NCBI GenBank assembly: GCA_043745805.1
Contig: JAYTSD010000017.1
Location: 191,345-255,344, forward strand
Origin: Fibrobacteria bacterium
GTDB lineage: Bacteria; Fibrobacterota; Fibrobacteria; UBA11236
Length of the DNA: 64,000 nt
Direction of reading: 5' to 3'
Below are positions 20,409-28,453 of the stretch, in pieces. The position numbers and the translations under genes are program-made. The notes beneath the pieces are model-generated. The model had not been told where the DNA came from. It searched no databases and saw nothing but the letters and a program-made list of their open reading frames with translations. Numbering within the stretch: position 1 is the stretch's first letter; every line of letters starts with the position of its first letter.

Positions 20409-22232
20409 TTATTTGCGATAATCGTCGGCGCGTAAATCCGCTTCTTCCATTAATTTCATCAGCCATTTGCGATCTACATCCAACATTTTAGCAGCTAGCG
20501 AAACATTGCCAGCAGTTTTACCTAGCGCCTCTGCAATCGCCTTTTTATCTGCTTGCTGTCGAACTTCTTTTAAGGTCGTCTGGCCAAAGCCATTTTCGGT
20601 AGGAGCATCTCCCCAATCCCATTGCAAATCCTCTGGGCGAATTTGTTGTGTATTGGAAAAGAGCACAGCCTTTTGCATAATATTTTCAAGCTCGCGAATA
20701 TTACCGGGAAACCTATAGGTCAATAATTTATTACGTGCTGCAACAGAAAAGGTTTTAAGAGGTAAACCGAACTGTTGCAGATATTTTTTGAGCAGATAAT
20801 CGGCCAAGAGCAAAATATCCTGACCACGCTCACGCAGAGGGGGAAGTAGCAAGCCCAAAACCGATAAACGGAAAAACAAATCTTGCCGAAAGCGCCCTTC
20901 CTGAATTTCTTTGGACAAATCCCTATGGGTAGCACAAACGATACGTACGTCCACGGTTATGGGCTTCGTGCTGCCTATGCGCGTCACTTCGCCTTCTTGT
21001 AATACCCTTAACATTTTCACTTGCAAAGAAAGAGGTAGTTCGCCTATTTCATCCAAAAATAAAGTGCCTTGATGCGCGGATTCAAAAAGACCGACTTTGC
21101 GTTGATCGGCACCGGTAAACGATCCTTTTTCATGCCCGAATAATTCTGATTCAATAAGATTAGCCGGTATAGCGCCACAGTTAAGAGCAACAAAGGTTTT
21201 ATCCATGCGTTTGGAATTTTCATGCACATAGCGTGCTAGTAATTCCTTTCCCGTTCCCGTTTCTCCTCGAATAAGCACCGTTGCATCGGTTTTAGCGATG
21301 CGTGCGGCTAACTCCATCATCCCTAGCATGGCGGGACTGGCGTAAATCATTCCGCCCTTTGATTCCATACTCACCTTTTGCAAGCGTTCTATGGTTTCCT
21401 TTTGCCTTTGCGCTTCCCCATGGCGGGATAAAATTTCTCCGAAAAGTTTACTCAAGGTATCACAAAGTAAACGTTCTTTTTCGGTAAAAGGAATGCCGCC
21501 ACCCAACCTATCCATATAAAGATACCCCAAAGTATCCCCGCCTTCGCGCAAGGCCACACATAAGATTGAAGCAATATCATTGGTACGCAAAGAGCTTAAA
21601 GAGTTTTTGTCTTCCCATTCGCCTTCATGAAGCAATACAGCATGGCTAGAGGCTTTAGCCCAATCGATAGCTCGATCGGAAAATCTTTCTAAACCGCTAT
21701 GCATGGGGTAACGTGCAATAGTATGTCGCAATCCATTCGTCTTATCTTCTATCACAACCCGAGCCGCATCGCAACGTAACAAACGAGATACTCCAGATAC
21801 TAAAGGTGTAAATACATCCGCACCTCTTTCTCGCAACAATTCCACTAAGGCTTCGATTAACTCCCCTAGAGGAGCTGACATTTCATCATGATTTATAGGG
21901 CTTTCCCCTATTGGAAAGGTATCCGTTTCATTTATAGGCTTATCTAGGTAATGGTAACGTGATATTCCTAATTCCAAGTGATCGCCATGCACAAGTGCTA
22001 AGGCTTCAGTAACTTTGACTCCATTACATTTGATAACGCTATCCGCAGTAACTACTTGTAAAAAATATTTACCTTCCCGAAACAAAAAATGTCCCATTCT
22101 CTCTTTTAGCCCTTTTCCTTGCAATTGTAAATTGCAATCCCTGGAAGTGCCAAAAGTAATCAGGCGACCAGAAAGCACAAAGTCAGCCTCTCCATTTTCC
22201 AATTTAAGCAATGGATATTGATGGGTTGGCAT
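20409..22232 (-). CDS. Sigma54 enhancer-binding protein with FHA-like and GAF domains, AAA+ core and Fis-type HTH
   Basis: GETGTGKE, ESELFGHEKGSFTGA, LFLDEIGE, FRQDLFFRL, PGNIRELEN, GNVSLAAKML. Confidence 0.92.
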   Translation of the reverse strand: MPTHQYPLLKLENGEADFVLSGRLITFGTSRDCNLQLQGKGLKERMGHFLFREGKYFLQVVTADSVIKCNGVKVTEALALVHGDHLELGISRYHYLDKPINETDTFPIGESPINHDEMSAPLGELIEALVELLRERGADVFTPLVSGVSRLLRCDAARVVIEDKTNGLRHTIARYPMHSGLERFSDRAIDWAKASSHAVLLHEGEWEDKNSLSSLRTNDIASILCVALREGGDTLGYLYMDRLGGGIPFTEKERLLCDTLSKLFGEILSRHGEAQRQKETIERLQKVSMESKGGMIYASPAMLGMMELAARIAKTDATVLIRGETGTGKELLARYVHENSKRMDKTFVALNCGAIPANLIESELFGHEKGSFTGADQRKVGLFESAHQGTLFLDEIGELPLSLQVKMLRVLQEGEVTRIGSTKPITVDVRIVCATHRDLSKEIQEGRFRQDLFFRLSVLGLLLPPLRERGQDILLLADYLLKKYLQQFGLPLKTFSVAARNKLLTYRFPGNIRELENIMQKAVLFSNTQQIRPEDLQWDWGDAPTENGFGQTTLKEVRQQADKKAIAEALGKTAGNVSLAAKMLDVDRKWLMKLMEEADLRADDYRK

Positions 22233-22234
22233 AA

Positions 22235-23605
22235 TCAATTCAAGTCTTTCGATGATCTTTGTGCAAGCATACTGAAAGTTTTTCTTTGAAAAGGAAGCAA
22301 TGACATTTTCTCTATTTGCAAATCATGGCCCATTTTATCGCGACAAAACAAAATGTGAGTTCCAAAAACAACTGGAATTCCTACACGTGCCGTAGCAGGT
22401 ATTAATAGTCGTTGATCTATAAATAAACGATCACACGATTCAGGGTTTTCAATATAAACCCAACCGGAAAGTTGATTTTGCCCGTGCACCATTTCTTTTA
22501 ATCGCAAACCTTTTGTTAAATGTTCATTTGATTTATGGGGTAACACGAGTAAGACTCTTGATTCCTTATTTGCAGAAGTTACTGCAAAAGTTCGTACTTT
22601 AGCTGATTGTTTACCGAAATAAAAAGCCAAAGCTAAAGCCGACATGAATCCCAATAATATTCCCACACTCCATATTTTTTTTATTCGATTCTTGCGTTGC
22701 GAAATACTCGGAAATTGCTCCATCATTTTTAATGCTTCGAGTGAATCCGGATTTTCTTCTAAGCATTCAGAGAGTAACCAATAAGCTTCTTCCTCCCGTT
22801 TAGCAAAAAGAAGATTTTTCGTCGCTTGCATAAGATGCACCGATAATTCTTGAGCCGTGAACTGTCCGATTAATATTTTCCAATCACTAGAATGGCGAGG
22901 AGCTAATTTTGTTTCCCATTCAGTCCAAAATTGAAACGCAGATTCCGGCCTCCGTAAAGGATTGTCAGCCAATAAAGCGGTAATGGGAATTTCCCATTCT
23001 GAACCTAGATCCAATTGGCGCAAAATTCTACCCAAAGCAAATAAATCTGCTTTCATAAAATTTATAGCATCACGATCTTCCCATAATTCTGGAGCCATAT
23101 AGGCTGGAGTTCCCTTTACAGCATCCACAATAGATCGTTTACCTCCATCCATTTTTTTTGCAAAACCAAGGTCTACCAGATAAATACCATCTTTGGGAGA
23201 TATTAAAATATTTGCTGGCTTTAAATCACGATGGGCAAAGCCCAAACGATGTAAGCTTGCCAGAGCAGAAATAATCGCGGAAGCCAGTACTGAAGGATCC
23301 CATTGTGGTAAATCTTTTTCCAAAATGGAAAAAAGTGAAACGCCCTTAATCCATTCCATGACGATGCAAACTTGTTGCCCCCAAATGAAAGCATCGTAAA
23401 TATCTGGAATACATCCCAAGGGCATTTGCGCTTGAATTTTTGCTTCCTTCAATAACTCTTCGCGACGTAAAGGATTCTTTTCTGATAAAATTTTAATGGC
23501 TACCCATCGATCAAGTGCAGTTTGGCGCACACGATATACTGAAGAAAAAGAACCTTCCCCTATTGTCATCGGATGCGAAAATCCTTTGGGCAATTTTGGG
23601 ATCAT
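22235..23605 (-). CDS. Membrane-anchored Hanks-type Ser/Thr protein kinase
   Basis: GEGSFSSVY, VAIK, HRDLKPANIL, DLG, GTPAYMAPE; a TM helix (IWSVGILLGFMSALALAFYFG) and an extracytoplasmic C-terminus. ATGA overlap with the upstream gene. Confidence 0.9.
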   Translation of the reverse strand: MIPKLPKGFSHPMTIGEGSFSSVYRVRQTALDRWVAIKILSEKNPLRREELLKEAKIQAQMPLGCIPDIYDAFIWGQQVCIVMEWIKGVSLFSILEKDLPQWDPSVLASAIISALASLHRLGFAHRDLKPANILISPKDGIYLVDLGFAKKMDGGKRSIVDAVKGTPAYMAPELWEDRDAINFMKADLFALGRILRQLDLGSEWEIPITALLADNPLRRPESAFQFWTEWETKLAPRHSSDWKILIGQFTAQELSVHLMQATKNLLFAKREEEAYWLLSECLEENPDSLEALKMMEQFPSISQRKNRIKKIWSVGILLGFMSALALAFYFGKQSAKVRTFAVTSANKESRVLLVLPHKSNEHLTKGLRLKEMVHGQNQLSGWVYIENPESCDRLFIDQRLLIPATARVGIPVVFGTHILFCRDKMGHDLQIEKMSLLPFQRKTFSMLAQRSSKDLN

Positions 23606-24273
23606 GGATTTTCTCTTAATTTGCTTTCCGCAAAAGCAAACCAATAAATAATATCTTCATTTTGCGGCATTGCTCGTAAAGCTTTTAACCAGTGATCATG
23701 CGCTGGCTTAAATTCACCGGCTTGCCAAAGTATCATGCCTAAATTAAAATGAGCTGAAGCATCATTACTATCTAGTTGAAGTACTTTTGCAAATAAGTTT
23801 TTCGCTTTAGAAACTTCTCCCAGTTTGCCGTAAATTATACCCGCAAGATTTAATGGTTGAACATTATGCGGTGCACGTTCAGTAGCCTTGGCTAAAGCAG
23901 AAAGAGCTGACAAAGTGTCGTTTTGATTCAAGCAAATGCGAGCCTTTTCTGTATAGACATCTGCTAATAAACTCGATAAATCTTCCGTTGGATGTAAACT
24001 CCTACACGCTTCAAACTGAACTAAAGCATATGCAAATGCTGAACTATCTGCTTCTGCGGTTGCTTTTTGTAATAATGCTTTACCTAAACCCAGACGTGCC
24101 AAATAATCTTCAGGATTTTCTTCTACGGCTCGAATAAAAAATTGTGAAGCTAAAGGATAATCTCCTAAATCCAAACAAGCATAGCCTTTTTCTAAAACTG
24201 AATTTTGACAACCATTAACGATAAACAAAATGATTAACAAACCATGAAATGTAAGTTGCTTTATTTGTTTCAT
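23602..24273 (-). CDS. TPR-repeat lipoprotein
   Basis: Lipobox-like IVNG-C; several TPR units such as 'AHFNLGMILWQAGEFKPAHDHWLKAL'. TAATG overlap with the upstream gene. Confidence 0.8.
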   Translation of the reverse strand: MKQIKQLTFHGLLIILFIVNGCQNSVLEKGYACLDLGDYPLASQFFIRAVEENPEDYLARLGLGKALLQKATAEADSSAFAYALVQFEACRSLHPTEDLSSLLADVYTEKARICLNQNDTLSALSALAKATERAPHNVQPLNLAGIIYGKLGEVSKAKNLFAKVLQLDSNDASAHFNLGMILWQAGEFKPAHDHWLKALRAMPQNEDIIYWFAFAESKLRENP

Positions 24274-25865
24274 TATGAACCCCAAGACTTATTCCATTTA
24301 ACCGCCGCAGAATATTCTTTGTGCGGAATCCAAATGGCTGCATCTTGTGACAAGTTGGACCATGTTCTAAACATATTAAATTCTAAAGTTAGGTAACCCC
24401 AATTCATTAAAGAGCGCTTTAAATTAAATCCTATTTGAGCCCGTTGATCGATGCGTTTTTTAATTTTATGCAAAGCCGACGAGGAACTATAATATTCCTT
24501 TATACCACCATTTTCCACTCGCAATAGAGAACTATAATATTTTCCATCTACTTGATTCAAAACTAAGCTCCGAAAACTTTGCGCTGCAGTTGAAGAAGCC
24601 GATTGCGGTATTTTCGCCTCCAGCCATGTATAGGATTTGGGATAAATTGTCAAAGCGTAACCGCTATTGATCTCTCCAATCCAATTCCAATATAGTGGGT
24701 GCGTATAGGAAAGGTTCGGAAAAATACTGATAAAACTTTGTGGTGAAATGGCAGAAGAAATGCTTCCAGGATCATTAGTATAGAGTTGATAAGCCGTAAT
24801 TTTTTGATAGGGAATACTATCTTGAAATTGATTGTCCTTAAAATGAGTCGGACGGGGCTTTGAAACGTCATCGACATATAAAAGAGGAATTTTTTCAACT
24901 GCTTGATCGACTTGTACTCCGAAAAAAGAAAATAACCAAGCAAAGCCTTTCCCTTTTTGTAAAAAACCATCATGATACCAAGTTAGCCATCCGGAAGTGA
25001 AACGCTTATCTCCATGAGAATTATATTCCGATTCAATGCCTGCATTTGCAAGCATAAGTCTTTCTTCAGAAATATTGAGATAAGATATTTCCGTGCGGTA
25101 AGAATAAACATGTCCTATACTTGTTACCTGTCCCATTTGGCCTGCCAGCGTGAGCGAAAGACTGTCCCAAATATGTTCGACTTTAAATTTTAAATTGATA
25201 CGATAATCGAGAGAATCATAGTAATAGTTTTTTCCAATTTCATAACCCACTCCGCTACTTAAAGGAAAACGCTTGGGAGATAATAGCGGCCATAACAAAT
25301 TTCCTTGCTGTTTAAAAAGCCAACCCGTCGAATTGAGTCCTTCTGGAGATTGCGAAAAAGGGTAATCATATGCCGTAAAATAATTTTCTCGATCATAACC
25401 TGAACTCCATTTCAAATCCCATTGTGGAATACGGTTTTCTTCAGGAATAAGTTTTTGTGGCAAGGAATCACGGAGCTGCGCCGCTTCAATCGACAATCCA
25501 GCAATACTGTATAATTTATATCGCTGCTGCAAAACCATATTTCGCATAGGTTGGAAAGCGGGCGTTCGAATCGTCAGATTAAAAGCCATTGCAGTGTCAT
25601 AGGAACATTTTCCAAAAGCTGCTTCAGCAAGAAAATAGTATAAGCTGTCTAACGACATTCCATGCTGATAAGCCTGCATAAAATAATCTTGTGCCAAATC
25701 ATTTTGACCCTTTTGTAAAGCTTGTTGACCCAGCTCCAAAACTTTTTCCACCGATTTGGAATTTTCTGATAAAGGTATAAAGCCAGATTTTTCCGCGTGC
25801 GAAATTGTTCCAACAGATAAATAAACCAATAAAAAAAATATCAGTATGCCAGACATACTATTCAT
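24273..25865 (-). CDS. Exported protein with an N-terminal TPR-like region and a probable outer-membrane beta-barrel
   Basis: Signal peptide, helical N-terminus, then alternating aromatic beta-strands ending 'YSAAVKWNKSW'. Confidence 0.55.
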   Translation of the reverse strand: MNSMSGILIFFLLVYLSVGTISHAEKSGFIPLSENSKSVEKVLELGQQALQKGQNDLAQDYFMQAYQHGMSLDSLYYFLAEAAFGKCSYDTAMAFNLTIRTPAFQPMRNMVLQQRYKLYSIAGLSIEAAQLRDSLPQKLIPEENRIPQWDLKWSSGYDRENYFTAYDYPFSQSPEGLNSTGWLFKQQGNLLWPLLSPKRFPLSSGVGYEIGKNYYYDSLDYRINLKFKVEHIWDSLSLTLAGQMGQVTSIGHVYSYRTEISYLNISEERLMLANAGIESEYNSHGDKRFTSGWLTWYHDGFLQKGKGFAWLFSFFGVQVDQAVEKIPLLYVDDVSKPRPTHFKDNQFQDSIPYQKITAYQLYTNDPGSISSAISPQSFISIFPNLSYTHPLYWNWIGEINSGYALTIYPKSYTWLEAKIPQSASSTAAQSFRSLVLNQVDGKYYSSLLRVENGGIKEYYSSSSALHKIKKRIDQRAQIGFNLKRSLMNWGYLTLEFNMFRTWSNLSQDAAIWIPHKEYSAAVKWNKSWGS

Positions 25866-25961
25866 ATCGAATTTTTAATTGTAATTTTATTTGCTAAGAC
25901 CAAAGAATCTTTTCTTAAACAATGTGTTACCGTTAAAAAAATACTTATCAAAAGGACAAAA

Positions 25962-26651
25962 TTATCTTGGCCGAGAAATAATGTATTGTAATGTCTGTTT
26001 CGATTTTCGTATTGGCTGCCCGGTTTGATTTTCCAAAAAATTTAGCTTCCGACCAATTAGATTGAATGAGTTACTGGATAACTTTTCACTCGTCAAAAGT
26101 GGGGTGCCATGCGGGGCATGAATAGAAACCGTGGCGGTAGAAAACTGTATAGTGGAAATAATATCTGAATAATAAGTAACATTATTCGCCATATCTGTTG
26201 AATCTCCAATTGCATAAATCTCATATCCATAATTTCCATTTGCGGTATAGCGCAAGTATTCCGAATAAGTCGCGTCGCCGTTTCCAGGATAAAAGATTGA
26301 GTAGGCTTCTGGAGCCCAATAAGAATGCAGCTTAACACTTGCGGCGGAGTCATAAAAGGCAACGGATCCAAAGGGAAAGACAGAATTTTCCACAGCTAAC
26401 ATATAAGCAATAAATTGTGCCTGTGTCCAACTTTCGGCTGTTGGATAAGTGATTTTGTCGATTGAATATACAACCAAGGATAACTGTGATTTATGGGCTT
26501 TTGTTGAATCGCGAAAATAGTGTTGATTGGTTCTAGCCTTAATTTGCACCCAGTTTGTAGGTAAAATGATGGAATAACCGAGTGAGGCATCGGTGATAGT
26601 TTCAGCGAAAATTGAGGTAACAAATAATACCAGTACCACTAAAAATTTCAT
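25962..26651 (-). CDS. Secreted hypothetical protein with a short C-terminal sorting-like tail
   Basis: Signal peptide; 'GYSIILPTNW' (PsbP-like start); tail 'VSIH...FNLIGRK'. Confidence 0.65.
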   Translation of the reverse strand: MKFLVVLVLFVTSIFAETITDASLGYSIILPTNWVQIKARTNQHYFRDSTKAHKSQLSLVVYSIDKITYPTAESWTQAQFIAYMLAVENSVFPFGSVAFYDSAASVKLHSYWAPEAYSIFYPGNGDATYSEYLRYTANGNYGYEIYAIGDSTDMANNVTYYSDIISTIQFSTATVSIHAPHGTPLLTSEKLSSNSFNLIGRKLNFLENQTGQPIRKSKQTLQYIISRPR

Positions 26652-27055
26652 TTTTGTAAATCCTTAAATTCTAATTTACGTTCTTCCTTTCTATTTTCCA
26701 TATCTGCCATTGCCTTGTCAACTCGATTCTTTACTTCGGGTGGTAAATCTTTTAATGCTTCTAGCTTTTTTTCATGGCGTTCTTTTGGTATGCCTTCAGA
26801 AGATGATTTCTTTTTTGTTTTTGATGGAGACTCCTTAATCAGAGGAGCTCGAGCAGAATCTACTTTTGCACGATTGTCTTCAGGAAGTTTTTTTAATATT
26901 TCTGCGTATAGTGCATCATACTTTACTTTAGTTGGAATCACAACGGGGGAGTTATTTTGCTTTTGAGTAATTGAATTATTTTCTGGATCAGCATTTGCAA
27001 TTATCGCTAAACAAAGTAGGCTGGGTAAAATTTTAAGACAGTCTTGAAATCGCAT
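26648..27055 (-). CDS. Small exported helical Lys/Glu-rich protein
   Basis: ATG at 27055 after a GAGG RBS; signal peptide; two 'L..LP...+.+V..A' units. Confidence 0.7.
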   Translation of the reverse strand: MRFQDCLKILPSLLCLAIIANADPENNSITQKQNNSPVVIPTKVKYDALYAEILKKLPEDNRAKVDSARAPLIKESPSKTKKKSSSEGIPKERHEKKLEALKDLPPEVKNRVDKAMADMENRKEERKLEFKDLQK

Positions 27056-27151
27056 GTTAACCTCATTGTTACTAGAAAAAGGGAGAAATAACTTTCCCTT
27101 TTTCATACCTTAAATCAAAGAAGAATTTTAATTCCCTCTAATGCACAAAGC

Positions 27152-27571
27152 TTAAGGATTAGCTTTGGCATCCGCTTTTCTTTCATCCAAACGTTTAGTC
27201 ACAACCTCTTTGGCCTTAGTTACCTTTTCTTTAGCAACATCAGGTAAGCCATTCAATGCATCGATAGCTTTTTGTAGATTTAAAATCGCGGCAGCTTTTT
27301 TTTCTGTAATCGTAGCTTGAATTTCTTCTGGAGTTTTTCCGGAAGCCTTCATCGCATCAATATCAGCTTTAGCAGCTTTAGCTGCAGCTTTAGCTGCAGC
27401 TATTTTATCAGCAACACCGGCAGGTAGGTTTTTCATGGCATCAGCAACTTTGGTGCTAGAAGTAGCCTTGCCCATTGAGTCTGCTGCTGGAGGAGTGCTA
27501 GGTTTGCCTTGTGCAAATACACCAGTAGCCAAAGCCATTCCTAAGGTAAGAGTCGTTAATAATGCTTTCAT
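27152..27571 (-). CDS. Small exported helical Ala/Lys-rich protein
   Basis: Signal peptide ending VFA-Q, AAGGA RBS, AAAK repeats, two LP-helix units. Confidence 0.8.
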   Translation of the reverse strand: MKALLTTLTLGMALATGVFAQGKPSTPPAADSMGKATSSTKVADAMKNLPAGVADKIAAAKAAAKAAKADIDAMKASGKTPEEIQATITEKKAAAILNLQKAIDALNGLPDVAKEKVTKAKEVVTKRLDERKADAKANP

Positions 27572-27645
27572 AATTAATCCTTTTTGAATTGTTAAGAAGC
27601 CTTCATTTGTACGATTACTTCAAATCAGGCTTCTCTTTATATTGG

Positions 27646-27663
27646 AAGCAACCCTTATGCCTA
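27646..27663 (-). promoter_or_regulatory. Sigma54 -24/-12 promoter for the 27571-20409 unit
   Basis: Minus strand reads TAGGCATAAGGGTTGCTT (GG-N10-GC). 27641-27665 is 21/25 identical to 19518-19542. Confidence 0.78.
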
Positions 27664-27722
27664 AATAAAAACTTCATAATTAATCAAAAAAAGGCATGTT
27701 TAAAAAGGAATTCCTTATTTAA

Positions 27723-27740
27723 TGGGTTGTTTTAACCCCA
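27723..27740. promoter_or_regulatory. Putative bEBP upstream activator site 3
   Basis: TGGGTT-GTTTTA-ACCCCA, with the same 62-bp offset from the -24 GG as site 1. Confidence 0.68.
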
Positions 27741-27811
27741 ATAGGACTTCAAATCATCAAGTATCATTGATAAGTCATTGAAAAATATGAGTTACACAAA
27801 ACAAGCTTTCT

Positions 27812-27829
27812 TGGGGTGAAATGACCGCA
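27812..27829. promoter_or_regulatory. Putative bEBP upstream activator site 4
   Basis: TGGGGT-GAAATG-ACCGCA, 89 bp from site 3. Confidence 0.65.
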
Positions 27830-27855
27830 ACTAAATTTCAAACTTAAGGATAAAA

Positions 27856-28419
27856 TCAAGAAAATAAATTCTGAAACAAGAAAAATGAACCGCATACCCC
27901 TAAGCCCAAACTAACATACCACAGAGGTTTTTTCTTCACCAGCACTGCAATAGCTGACATGGCAATTGCGATCTGAAAAAATGTTACCCCGCGGGCAAGT
28001 ACACTGTGTTGTGCTAAATGTTGTTCTCCTGATTTTTGTTTTTCTTCCGCTTTTTCTTGAATTTCTTTTTGTTCTTTTTTGTAATCGGAAATTTTTTCAA
28101 TGTCTTCCTTAGAAGCTTGTTTTCCTAAGACGGTAAGCAATTCTAATTTATTGGAAAGTATTGCCGACTTAATACCTTTGGCTTGATAATACGACCATTG
28201 ATCAGAAGCCTGTAATTGCTCAATCATCGCTTCATTAGCATGATGACCCGCTAATAAAGCAGCGATAGCGGCAAGCACAGCGAGCAAAGCTGAGCTTAAT
28301 GCAACTTGCATAACCCAACTCACTCCATTTTTATGTCCCTCACCATGGCCCGCTTCATGGGCGGCCTCATGAATATTTTCATGCAAATGTTCGGTGGGAA
28401 CTTCGATTTCTTCCGGCAT
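27856..28419 (-). CDS. DUF4337-like membrane protein
   Basis: 'VALSSALLAVLAAIA', 'ASDQWSYYQAKGIK' and 'FQIAIAMSAIAVL' are typical of this family. Confidence 0.75.
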   Translation of the reverse strand: MPEEIEVPTEHLHENIHEAAHEAGHGEGHKNGVSWVMQVALSSALLAVLAAIAALLAGHHANEAMIEQLQASDQWSYYQAKGIKSAILSNKLELLTVLGKQASKEDIEKISDYKKEQKEIQEKAEEKQKSGEQHLAQHSVLARGVTFFQIAIAMSAIAVLVKKKPLWYVSLGLGVCGSFFLFQNLFS

Positions 28420-28453
28420 GTTTTATCCTTAAAAAAATGAAAACAAAAAATAG

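Noticed and set aside
27364-27401. Tandem 9-12 nt repeats (GCTTTAGCTGCA)
   Set aside because: Simply encodes AAAK repeats inside the CDS; no spacers, so not a CRISPR array.
19661-27783. IHF-like sites between the paired palindromes (19661-19673 and 27771-27783)
   Set aside because: Each has a mismatch to WATCAA-N4-TTR, and such matches are expected by chance in AT-rich DNA.
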